A stretch of 64,000 nt of DNA, taken from Antedon mediterranea (Eukaryota; Animalia; Echinodermata). The notes below the pieces were generated by a model. It was not told where the DNA came from, searched no databases, and worked only from the letters and a program-made list of their open reading frames with translations. The position numbers and the translations under genes are program-made. The number at the start of each line of letters is the position of its first letter. Positions within the stretch are counted from its first letter, which is position 1. Shown here piece by piece: positions 50,532 through 62,199 of the stretch. The DNA lies in contig NC_092674.1 in assembly GCF_964355755.1 (NCBI RefSeq), forward strand, positions 5,828,001 through 5,892,000, given 5' to 3'.

Positions 50532-51157
50532 GGGCCAATTTACACAGACGAGGGAGCGGTAACGGTAAGCGGTAATTGTAAGCGAAAAACCGCGTGGCTT
50601 TTCCCATTTACACAGCGGGCGGAGTTCGCGAACAGAGTGGTGGAAAGTAGGTGCGTGTAGGCCTCGAGGCTAATGCATGTTACAGTCACTGCTGGCCTTG
50701 ATGTGACTGACTGTCAGTAGGCCTAGCACACACATGCCTAAGTTTTGGAGGGAATTGTTGCCTAATAACGTACTAAAATGTATATTTTCTTTTCACTATC
50801 CTTATACGAACATTAGTCACGTCGTAGGTGTTTGTATTTCCGAATAAAAAGAAGAAGAAACTATAGGCTAGGCCTACTAACGGCACTCGTATTTATTGTC
50901 GTCTTTCACTCGACGGACGCAAAAAAAATTTGTTGATAGATGACGTCATTTCAATCATGTCGTTGGTTGGCAAGAATCCATAAATACCGCGCGGTATTTT
51001 CACAAAATCGAATCAGTTTCGATCATCCTGAGCGGATTTCCGCTCGTCCGCTCCGCGTTCTGTGTAAATGGTCATAAGAAATAACATAGATTCTATTTTC
51101 GCGTTTTCCGCTCAACTTTACCGCTTACCGTTACCACTCGTCTGTGTAAATTGGCCT
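50532..51157. mobile_element. PIF/Harbinger-like MITE downstream of the DCN1-like stop codon
   Basis: TIR GGCCAATTTACACAGACGAG..GGTAACGGTAAGCGGTAA with its reverse complement at the right end; TAA/TTA flanks. Confidence 0.82.
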
Positions 51158-51510
51158 TTAAAAGAGTGACCAAACATAATATTGCATAATATTTTCATTA
51201 AAGGGCCAGTTTACTTTAAAAGTTAGTGGTAAATTTTTAACATAATAGTATAACTGGTAAAGTATTTAACCTACAAGTTAAACTATTTAACCTACATTTT
51301 GAACTGGTAAACTATTTAACCTACAAGTTGAACTGGTGAACTGATTTAAACTAGTAATACTTAATCAAGTATATTATTTAAACAATGTCACTAATCATCT
51401 TTACTATTCAAAAATATTTTATCCAACTAATTAAGAAGTAAGTAATCAATCGCTTCCCGTAAGTTAGAACAGTTAATTTAGTAACTATAAAGTACAAACT
51501 AACTAAAACT

Positions 51511-51766
51511 ACAGTTCCCTAGATATCGTAGTTTACTTAACTGACTGGCCCACATTCTTGGTGAGCAGTCATGACCCAATCCCAGGGGTATGTTCTGTTT
51601 AGAGCAAAACTTAGTATTTAATATTGAATAAAATACTACATACATGTATTAGACGACAGTTCCCTGGATATCGTAGTTTACGTAACTGACTGGCCCACAT
51701 TCTTGGTGACTAGTCATGACCCAATCTCAGGGGTAAGTTCTGTTCAAAGCAAAACTTTAGTATTTA
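51511..51766 (+). repeat. Direct repeat, 2 x ~110 bp (period ~145 bp)
   Basis: ACAGTTCCCT.GATATCGTAGTTTAC.TAACTGACTGGCCCACATTCTTGGTGA..AGTCATGACCCAATC at 51511 and 51656; short AACTATTTAACCTACA repeats at 51260-51330. Confidence 0.85.
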
Positions 51767-52968
51767 TTATTATTATAATATAGAATTTTGACTGGTCAAT
51801 GAATACCAGTCTATGGTCTTTTCATACTGTTTTTCGTTGGAAGTATACATTGTTATATGGTTAAATAGTATGCACCATTATATTGATGGTGATCAATATA
51901 TAACGACTAGTAAATATATTATTTATATGTAGTTTCACAGTGCCATCTCTATTAATTACTCATTAAGTCGATGCTAAGATTGTTTCGAAAGGGATGAGTG
52001 CATTTCTAAATTGTTTTAAATAAATATTAACATAGGCCTTAGCAGACAAATGAAAGCAGCTTGTACAGTATTACAAGATAATATAGTCTTTGATCCACAA
52101 CTCAACTTTGATCCAACACATGCATTTTGTAAGCTCCTCCCATTTATGCATACTCATTAAAAATGCTGTTTAAATTCAACATGCTAGACAATTGGGTTTG
52201 TTTAAAAATGGGTCAGAGTTCACAGTTCAACAAACCTTTGTTTTTGTAATCTGTAAATAGCAACATTTTAAGCTTCCATAAAGAGAGGTTATTCTATAAA
52301 TTTGGTGGATTTTTTTCATATCTGCTAAATCTGGAGATAATTATTTTCAAAATATTTTTAAAGTATTAATAATTATTTTTACTTCATAGTCTTTTTTAAA
52401 TAAGTTATCCAATGTGTGTAGTATAACATAATGCATAATGTGCATAGTTTAATGTTGTTACATTGTATTCATATTGTGTCTCAAAACTATTTCATATTTT
52501 GTATATTTTTGAGTTTAAATACATTTTTGGGAAATGATTATCTGAAGCAAAAGTTTTGTTGCAATTTAGAAGAGGAGAATGTTTTTTATATTGATAAATC
52601 GATCTGGTGTTTTTTAAACAAATTATTTACCCCACCTATGTTGGCAGAACCTAGGTTGGTTCTGATATGGGTTTCTACATGTAAAATGTAGCTCCGTTGA
52701 TAATGTATATTATTTGAAATATAAATATGTAAAAATGGACAAAACAATTGTAATTCATTTATTGGTATTTAACCTGACAAAGCAAGAACACTACTTTCGT
52801 GGTCACGTTTTATAATGAAAGGACAGAACAAAAAGATTCAAGTTTTGAATGTTTTATTTATACACTTTGAATATTTACATAATTACAATTATAAATTTAT
52901 CATTTTATACAAAGTACTTAAAAGTAGTTAAACTACATAATTTAAAGATAGATACTTCTTGTGAAATT

Positions 52969-53613
52969 TCAGCTTTCCTTAAGAAGAGCATTGATTGAAA
53001 ACATTTGACATTTCTTATAAGAACGTTTAGATTTACTAGCTGCATTTCTATAAATTGATTGTTCATTCTCCATTTTAACAAAAGTTGATCCATATTCCAT
53101 CGGTGTACATTTGGTATCTTCGTGTTTCGTCACTGGCATATAGTTTAGCGTTTCATACATCATTACCTCAGATTGCGGATCTTCCAACTGCGTAGTGCTT
53201 TGCGTATTTTCAATTCTTGTGCAATACATCGGGATGCTTGAAGTTCGTGGCACGATGACTGGTCCATTTGATACCGTATGAAGGTATCTCATCCATTCAC
53301 TGTACGTTCTGTCAGAGACATCAAAGCGCTCCATTCCATTCACTATGATGTTGTTTGGTAACAAGTTCTTCCATCCATCTCTCAAACGATACTTGTGTCT
53401 GCAAACTTGCTCGATGAATACAGATTTAGTCATACACTCCTCTGTGATATTCATATAGCATATCTCTGGGCAGATTCCTGTCATGGTTTGCAGTATGCAC
53501 TGGAAACAACCAGTATGATCAGGACACCGCAACATATCTGCCACAATTAGTTCGTTGAAAGACAGAGGCGTCATCATTTTACTGGAGATATCAGAAAATA
53601 GTACGGAAGACAT
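52969..53613 (-). CDS. Orphan intronless 214-aa protein; Cys/His-rich N-terminal half and C-terminal eh1-like motif (FSINALL)
   Basis: Uninterrupted 645-bp ORF with higher GC than its flanks; minus-strand TATATAAG at 53672-53679, ~60 bp upstream of the ATG; minus-strand AATAAA near 52855. No family recognised. Confidence 0.65.
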   Translation of the reverse strand: MSSVLFSDISSKMMTPLSFNELIVADMLRCPDHTGCFQCILQTMTGICPEICYMNITEECMTKSVFIEQVCRHKYRLRDGWKNLLPNNIIVNGMERFDVSDRTYSEWMRYLHTVSNGPVIVPRTSSIPMYCTRIENTQSTTQLEDPQSEVMMYETLNYMPVTKHEDTKCTPMEYGSTFVKMENEQSIYRNAASKSKRSYKKCQMFSINALLKES

Positions 53614-54459
53614 ATTCGAAGTTTAGTAGTTATTCGTAGTCTGTATAATAATTAAATGAAAGTTGCTATGGCTTATATACGAAAATGCCGCTTCTGTCAA
53701 AGAACACTGGAGTTAAGAAGAACAACAGAAAATGCTGCAAACAACACCCTTTTCGCGCGGCATGCCGCCAACCTATTGTTTCGCCGCCGCGGCCGCATTT
53801 ACTTCAAAGATAAAACCACACCAAAAACAATTGAATCGGATACAACGATCTCTTAATAGGCTAAATCTAAATAAATAAGAATTAAATTGGTATTACATAT
53901 AAAAATGATCATAAATCGTTTGCTATTACTTCATGCTATTATTACTAACCCTTCATTTCTTAGGAATTGTAAAAATTGTCATTGGCATGTGAAGATGTTC
54001 CCATCGAATCCATCCATCACTAATTCACACTCACTAATATTAAACATTTAAAAAAATTGGCATAACATGCAACATTTAAAGATTAGGACAATCCTGCTTT
54101 ATTGTTGTCTGTATATAATATATATTTCTTCATAATCTGTTATTTTGTCTTCTTAGTCGTTGAAATACATAATGAGTTCTGATAACTAAATGATCCTTGT
54201 GTGATCTTCCAAAGACACCCCCTAGTCTGTGACATCTTCCCCGCTACCGCTCGTCCACCTTAAAGTGAACCTCTAACCGATCTCTTTCCTTCTTTCTTTG
54301 CCGGTTTTCCCACATCCTTAACTTATACTGGATGTCTCATTCACGCCTCATGGCCAGTCTACGAAGGCGTTTTTTGTTCTGCCTTTCTTCCTCTTCTAGT
54401 TTGTACTATATAAAAAAGAAGCTTAAATTAGAGGGATTTTTGTTATAAATAAAATAAGT

Positions 54460-54812
54460 CAACTGCCATGTTGACATTCCCCATTGACATTGCTCATTTC
54501 TATTTTTAATAAGTGTATGTGGTATTTAATTATTTAGGCATACCTGGTGGAATTGATTAGCAACTGCCATTTTGACATTCCCCTCTCTCCTCTTCACCCC
54601 ACCAACAAAACCCCCTTGCTTATTTCTGTGTTTAATAAGTGTATGTGGTATTTAATTATTTAGGCGTACCTGGTGAAATTGATTAGCAACTGCCATGTTG
54701 ACATTCCCCTCTCTCATCTTCACCCCACCAACAAAACCCCTTGCTTATTTCTGTGTTTAATAAGTGTATGTGGTACTTAATTATTTAGGCGTACCTGGTG
54801 GAATTGATTAGC
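54460..54812. repeat. Tandem repeat, ~126-bp unit, about 2.8 copies, spanning a splice donor
   Basis: TACCTGGTG.AATTGATTAGCA at 54541, 54667 and 54792. Confidence 0.9.
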
Positions 54813-55027
54813 ATGTTTAATTCCTTCCATGAGCGGATTGTTACGATGACGAGAAGGATGATCATTTTGAACAACATTGGAGAAGAGTGATGGTAACTCT
54901 CTGTCCACACCAGGCCCAAACGATAATTTAAGCTTATTCATGAGTCCGTATCGTGTCGGTGGTCGGTGGCGTCGTTGAAGCTGACTGTCTACTGACATTT
55001 CCGATGCAATGCTAAAAAAGAAGGAAT

Positions 55028-55110
55028 ATGACGATGATAATAATGATAATCATCATGATCATGATAATAATGATAATGATGGTGATGCTGATGTTGATGA
55101 TGATAATAAT
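55028..55110 (+). repeat. (GAT/AAT)n microsatellite
   Basis: Trinucleotide run in an intron of the orphan gene. Confidence 0.85.
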
Positions 55111-55431
55111 GATGATGATGATGATATGATTTATTTGTGATTATTACGGGTGATTTATACCTTTTAATCTGACTGGTTAGAATCTGTGCCTTGGCAATCC
55201 AATCATGGTCACCTTTTGAAGAAAAAAAAGAACGTAATATATAAATAAGTTTTATTCAATTTTAGAAATAATATATCTATAAATCTTTTAAACCAAAATA
55301 AACAATATCTTAAATAAAATGTATCTCATACCTTCTTGGACCATCTTTTCATCGTCGTCTTCTACGCCCGACCCCAAACTGTTCCTGTCGTCAGAGTTAT
55401 CCTCTGGGATAATGAGCTCATCGTCATTGTT

Positions 55432-55610
55432 AATGTCAGCAATCAGTTCAGCAATGGGCTGATCATCGTTGTCAGCAATCAGTTCAGCAATGGGTTGATC
55501 GTCGTTGTCAGCAATCAGTTCAGCAATGGACTGATCATCGTTGTCAGCAATCAGTTCAGCAATGGGTTGATCGTCGTTGTCAGCAATCAATTCAGGAATG
55601 GGCTGATGAT
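55432..55610 (-). repeat. 36-bp coding tandem repeat, (IADNDDQPIAEL) x ~4.5
   Basis: GTCAGCAATCAGTTCAGCAATGG recurs at a 36-bp period. Confidence 0.92.
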
Positions 55611-57252
55611 CTCTACATTGAATTCAAAATTAAAGAAAGTTCAAATAATAATAGACCAAAATTCTAACATTCTGAAATATTTTTTAATTATTTAATTAAT
55701 TATGTACGCTATATTAAAGAGAGCATTTATTCAATAACAAATTAAATATACTCTACATGAGTATGCATACATTATTCAGAGTAGTATTAAAAACTGTAAA
55801 GTAATATTTAGGCTTACAGAACAATTGTTTCAGCTTCCATGTCTTCACATTTGAGCTCATCTACAGTACCTCTATGACTTCTGGTTTAAGGTCCGTTGTA
55901 ATACTGAAAAATAAGCAAATTAAGATATTGTTTGTAAAATATTTTAATTGAAGAATCCAATACATACATCTAGACACTATACTAAACAAATGCCAGACAT
56001 ACCTTCCATTGCCATTGGCAGCTTCTGTTGTCACCACATCAACTGGTGGTTGTTTATCATCAATAGTGTCTTTGATTGCTGCAGCATCGGTAGCATCATT
56101 ATCAAGTCCGACTCTCTTGGACTTCTTCAGTGATCGTCGAAGACTGGCAAAACGGGATTTAGACTTCTTTTTCTTGTCTTTCCCATATGATCCGACAGCT
56201 TATCTGTCGTGTTCTTAGATTCAGAACTTTCGGTGGTCATTATCTGGACATTTGGAGGATCAACACTACTTCCGTCTTGCGAATTAAATTCTTGGCGATT
56301 ATCCGCAACGAATTCCTCAACTAAGTTGCGTTGACATAAGGTCAAAGGATTACCCATTTGTAATTAATATAGAACAGTACGAGATATGAAATCAATATAA
56401 CTTCCCTGAAAGGTTTCCAATAGTTTTCTGAGCGTTTCTGTTATGATTCGTTTATATGGCGATTGCCTTCTGTATCGTAGTAACATCGAAGCGCGCACAA
56501 GGCGTTCATGCCAACAACGCGCAACCTATACGTGTGACGACGCCGCCCGCTACGTATAATCCATGATGGGCGTGGCCGGCGAAGGGGGGATATTTGAGTT
56601 GTACATCTATCGATTACACTATACCGTCATATATATCAATACAATTTCTAAATTTTATTCTACAAAATAACAAATTAATTTCATTTAGGAGATTTAGGGA
56701 TTTTGAATTGGATAAAAACAATTTTCATTCAACAAACAATATTACTATAAAATTATATTGATTGAAATAATAATTATAATGTATACTTCCAAATAATACA
56801 GAAACAAATTAAAAAACTTATAGGTAAAAAAAAAATTCATTATACTGTACTTTTTTTTATCTAACATCAATTTGGTTTTACCTTAAAAATAACACATAGT
56901 ACAATATACAGTTCAGTACTGTATAAAGAAACTATTCCAATGTTATATATCAATTTGATTTGACAAAAGTATGCAAAATCATTTTACAAATATTTAATAT
57001 AAATTAGCAAAGTATTGCTACAAGACTAAAATTTGTTAAAGCATTTTTTCTCAAATAATTACATTTTTAATAATAAAAACAAACGAAGTTTAATCCTAGC
57101 TTCACAAATAAATTTTAATTTAATTTATTAAAATATATCTAGTCTAAAATAATTCAGAAAAATTTCTGTTTCATAATATAAATCAAAATCATATTGTACA
57201 ACGTTTAATTTACATACACTAACCAAGGCTATAAAACAACACTTGCTCTAAC

Positions 57253-57274
57253 CATGGAGGATATTTCCTCCATG
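57253..57274. mobile_element. 22-bp palindromic insertion with 7-bp TSD
   Basis: CTCTAAC-[CATGGAGGATATTTCCTCCATG]-CTCTAAC. Confidence 0.75.
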
Positions 57275-57719
57275 CTCTAACATAAATATTAAATAACTAA
57301 ACAAATTGTGTGTTTAAAAATAAATTATAAGACGCCATTAATGTTTTAGACAAAAACATGATAAATAAATTATAAAACAAGTATAAAATATAAAATGTTA
57401 ATAAAAAACTATAACTTTACAAATGTTGTGAAACTATATCGTGAAATCTAACAAATTATAAATAAGGACAAATTTATAAATCAAGGTAAGAAATGGAAAG
57501 TAATTATGGTAAATACTGTATAACTCTTTTTTAAAGTTTAGCCATACTACACTCTACAATGTATTTAAAATGGCAGTTTTCAATGTTTTATTTATTATAA
57601 ATTCTCAAAAACAGAACAATTTATTTAAAAAAATTAATTAATTACTTAATCAATTAATTACAATCACATATAATAGAACCCTTTATTAGGGACACTCCAA
57701 TTAATAACTATAAATAAAT

Positions 57720-57805
57720 TAATGTAAATTAACATATTATGTAAATTAGCATACATTATGTAAATTAGCATATGTTATGTAAATTAGCATACATTATTTA
57801 AATTT
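57720..57805 (+). repeat. ~21-bp tandem repeat (TTATGTAAATTAGCATA)
   Basis: About four copies of TGTAAATTA(A/G)CATA. Confidence 0.8.
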
Positions 57806-58688
57806 GTTCAGTTTTGTATAAATTAAACTTATTAATAACAAATTAAGTGATTTAAAATATTTTAAAATTTCACAAAATATTTTATCAATTAATATTAAAC
57901 TTTATCCTTTCAGTATTTCAGAATTGGTTTAGGATTCAATTGAAATAATAATTGAAATTAACCACTGGAAAAACATTTCTTCAAGTTTACTGAGGTAAAT
58001 CATTCATCTACTGCAGTAACCCAGACATGAGGAATGCAATCTAATGAACACACACTCGAACCATTTTAAAGCATGTATTGTTCGTGGTTCTGATTGAAAT
58101 ATATTGCACTTGTAAGAAGTACCCAAGAAATTGCACTCTTTTTGTTTGTAGATTTGAAATAGTTAAGAATTCGGAGCAAGTATCAAGAAAAAAGCAAAGA
58201 AATGGATGGATTTTGACTGGTGAAAACAAAATTCTTCTAATATTGAATAAATTCATCTGGTTCCAAATAATATAAAGTAAAAATCCACAAAAAATTCTTC
58301 TAGTAAAAATATTTTCTAGGACTATTTTAGGAATGAATCACCTCTGCATTTCAAAATTTGGAACGATGAAAATAATACTTTTTAGAATTTGTTTACAGGA
58401 ATCCACATTAGGTATTATAATTCACCACCAGAAGGACCCCACTTGGTCTAAGGTGGGTTATCCTTGTATGCAAACACCAAAATAACAACAAGGCAACTCC
58501 ACCCTCACCCACCCTTTTCAAACATGGTCAGTTTGACCATGACTTGGTTTATTTTGTATTACGTATCACTGTACTTTATGTTAGGTCTAATAAATAAATG
58601 GAATAAAAACATAATCACTATTACCACCACCTTCACCACTAATGGTTACCAGAACCATCAGTGATACCATTCCCACAACCAATGGTAT

Positions 58689-61600
58689 CTAAACAGTGTG
58701 TTCTTTAACTACAATCTCATACGGCCTTGAATTTGGGCTCGGCATGTAAGACTCAACATTCACTACCGACAGTTTACTCTGAAATTCTTCCTCGTCCTCA
58801 CCAAGATTCGGAAGATGTGGCCAGCGCTCGACGAACGAAGAGCAACTAGAACTTGCAGTTGACATCCCTCTACCAGAAGTTTGTACGCATACAGAGGCCC
58901 CACTTGGACCGTGTGATGGAAGAACTGGGGGCACACCTTGCATTATCCTAGCCATGTCGCTGCCATCGTCTAGCGGACAGTCTGCAGGTTTATTGATAGA
59001 GTGAAGTACAAGACGCATTGATTTTCTGGATTTCAATGTTACTGGAAGACCTTCAGGTGAAGCTTGCGGCTCTATTTCTTCTAATTGTTGTTCTATTGTT
59101 GCATCTACAAATAAAATATATTATAATGATAGTTTAATTTCTTATAATTAAACCAACTGATTTGCGACGACCGACGACCAACCTACGTCACGTTAATTCA
59201 TTGTGCGCATGCAAAGATATTGGTACATGTTTGAAGGTTTCTAGATCCAGGCTGATGATCAACACCACATCAATTGACCTGACCTAGTTGGTCTTCGCAA
59301 ATCAAAAGCTCTTTATTAAAGAGGACACACGTACTCGTAGAAGTAAATTAAAAATAAAAAGTACTGTGGGATTATGTTGTTGCAAAGGATTATATTTTTT
59401 ATAAACTATAGAAATTTTAGACCTGGAGCCACACTTTAAGATAACATTAGTAGCACAGTAGTATTAAATTAAGATAATCAAAAGTAGTAACTGTCTAATA
59501 CCTTCCTCATCCTGGAAGAGTCTGTAGTCTGTGATTGGACATGTTCTCACAATAAGATAACGAGACACAAAGTAAACAACTGCCGTGGCCAAGCACAGAA
59601 TAGTGCAACACCGGAACAAAAAGCGCCCTCCATAATTGTAATAGATCACACCACCAATTATGGTGCCTACACCTCTCCCTGAAAACAAAAATAATGTTAG
59701 AAATTCAAGGACATTATGGATAAGTAGGGGCAGGTTGAAATTAAAGATATAACAAAAAACCTGAGAAACATCCCCTAATTTATTGGTAGCTCAGCTGTTT
59801 AATTATACATTATTATCTAGCAATTTAAGTAGTAATCCTCCTTTGGGTCAACCCTATTCTAGGGAAAATTTCCGACAAAAAAGGGGAAATGTAAGTTTTA
59901 TGGCCAACCCTACTCAGAAGATAATTTGTTCGGTCTTAAAGGTGTCCACATAATAGGAGTTCTATTGTATTCTGTATTGGGTTGAAAAAATATTTTTTTT
60001 TGGGGGGGGGGGGGCTTACCTATGCCCACATCAACGGTAGAAATAAAAGACTGAAGAGTGGCTGCCATACCAGGCGGCGATATTATACTAGCATACATCC
60101 TCATCGCAGCCCAAAATGCACCAAAAGTTACACCATGTAACGGTTCAACGATCAGCACCAAGTACGGGTTTCTTACCAACGAGTATCCAAGAAACCGAAG
60201 ACTGTAACACAACAACGTCAAATAAATCACATTTTGATGTCCTAAAAAGTCAATCAATCGACCAGAAAAGTATAAAAACGGGATTTCCGATAAACAAGTA
60301 GTGACCAGAGTGAGTCCCATTAACATATGGTCGCCATTCAAATCATTAATGTAAACAAATAAAAATGTTGATGTAATTCCGAAACACATTCCCATCACTA
60401 TGACTACAAGTAAAAATATTAGAATTTCTGCTTGACAAAGAACGTTGTATATATTTTTAAAACAGGAATTTGGTCTACGATGAGGAGGGAATGTCATCTT
60501 TATCGCTGCTAATACGCTTCCAAAAACTAAAACAAAAAACGAAAGATGTGCTGGCAAGTATTTGGCTTTGATTGAAGTGGCGTGGTTCTTATCGAGAATA
60601 AAACCCATTATGATTGCAAAAGAACCCCATCCTACTGCCCCCCATAGACGTTGCTTTCCATAGTCTCCCCGATCTTGTAAGAGTTCGACGACTGCCATGT
60701 CAACTAGCGGGAAATTATTGCACATAAAAACTTGCCCTGTCATTATCAAACAAAACATGATTACAAATGTCAAAGTTGAACTGCCAAGGGTCAAATTTGA
60801 TGTAGTATTCTGTTCATTGCAAATTGAATTTGTAAAAGTCTGATTCACTTTACAGCAGTAGTGTATGCATATGTCTGTAGTATTATTATTACACATTATC
60901 TTTTTGGTTAAACCGCTTGTATTAAAAACTGAAGAATATTGTCGAGTTGGAAGCAAGTCCTCAAGAAAATCACAGTTACAATTTGAACTTGTATTATTAA
61001 ACGTACTATTACGAATATTAGTATCATTAGAGTACGCTGCATTTGATTCCTCATTCAATAACTGCTTGAAAAATTCCTTATTGCAATCTTGAAATGATAG
61101 ATTCCCTGTGGCCGTCACATTTGCATATAAGACGGGTACAGGGGGAACAAATATTGTTAGGAAGTAGAAGATAGCCGAGCCTGACAGTGCAATTAATAAG
61201 ATGATCTTATGGCAGCTGTATTTGTCAGAAAGTAGGCCACATAACGGGCTGACGAGTAACTGTACTGCTGGTTCTAGGCCTCGGATTAAGCCGATTTGAG
61301 ATGTTGACAGGCCTAAAGCTATCATATACACAGGAAGATAAGGATTCAGGCAGGCCATACCTATATACAAAGAAAGATACATACATTACATACAAACAGA
61401 CAAAAATAACTTATAGATATTAGTGAAGATGTTTTTCCTAACCGTGCCTTTTTCCAACTTTCAATTAATGTAACTTTAGAAAATTAACTTTGTTTTAATT
61501 AATTGTTATTTGTATCCACATTGTGTATCAGAGGGAGCCTGATTTAATTTGTGAATTTTAAAATGTTTTTATTGAAATAACTGTAAGGGCAGGGGCATGC

Positions 61601-61727
61601 ATCTGATGTACCTTGTTTAACTATAAATTATGTTAATCTACACCAATTAACGAAATCATTTACCTGACAGATACAAGAAATACACGGCCTTTATGGGCAG
61701 AAATGTTCTATTAATTTCAACCTTCAT
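58689..61727 (-). CDS. MFSD6: Major facilitator superfamily domain-containing protein 6-like transporter
   Basis: In-frame exons 61727-61664 (MKVEINRTFLPIKAVYFLY), 61360-60020, 59678-59502 and 59104-58689. MFSD6-type motifs: PYLPVYMIALGLS, long Cys/N-glycan-rich loop, YGKQRLWGAVGWG, SEIPFLYFSG, EPLHGVTFGAFWAA, GIGRGVGTIIGG. Confidence 0.9.
59158..59304. mobile_element. Small MITE in an MFSD6 intron
   Basis: TGATTTGCGACGACC...GGTCTTCGCAAATCA terminal inverted repeat. Confidence 0.55.
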
Positions 61728-62199
61728 CTTCTCACTGTGTATTACAAAAGAGGCAACCAATTGCCTTTAAAATTACAAATGTCAAACGACCATTGTTTTA
61801 GTAACTGTGTAATTAAAAGAAAAAACATGTTTATAAGTATAAACTATAATTATTAATAATATAATAATCATTATTACTGGAAAGTTTGCTTCCAAATTCC
61901 CATATACAGAGTATGAAAAAAATATATAAACATGAACATCACATCCTCATTCAATGACAGAAACTGGGGGGAAACGACCAACCTCATTAATGCAATTGTC
62001 AACTTCACATTCTCACACAGATGAGATGATACCTAGCAAAACCAGCCTAGGCTAGGCCTAGAGTAGGCCTAGTAGAGATAGAGATGATATGGGCTTGCTT
62101 GATAGACACATAAATTGGATAAACAACGCAGTCGGTTAACAACAAATTAGTAATAATTTACAGCTTATAATTATTCAACAGAAATTAATATTTTTTCCA

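Larger units (their letters stand above)
54245..56357 (-). pseudogene. Spliced orphan gene with acidic repeats and a basic/coiled-coil C-terminus; apparently disrupted
   Basis: GT-AG exons ~56357-56003, 55904-55818, 55612-55332, 55213-55161, 55011-54795 and 54405-54245 with compatible phases; two apparent 1-nt frameshifts (~56200, ~55870) and an in-frame TGA (~54338); minus-strand TATAAA at 56451-56456 with GC-box-like sequence upstream. Confidence 0.6.

Noticed and set aside
56190-56210. Programmed ribosomal frameshift in the second orphan gene
   Set aside because: No slippery heptamer or clear downstream structure, and a second frameshift plus a stop codon make decay or sequencing error more parsimonious.
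55336-56218. Plus-strand hydrophobic ORFs (119 aa, 69 aa)
   Set aside because: Antisense to the minus-strand acidic/basic exons; splice signals and the TATA box support only the minus strand.
59910-60019. KPPPPQKK C-terminal extension of the 490-aa MFS ORF
   Set aside because: Read-through into the intron past the GTAAG donor at 60019; the protein continues in exon 59678-59502.
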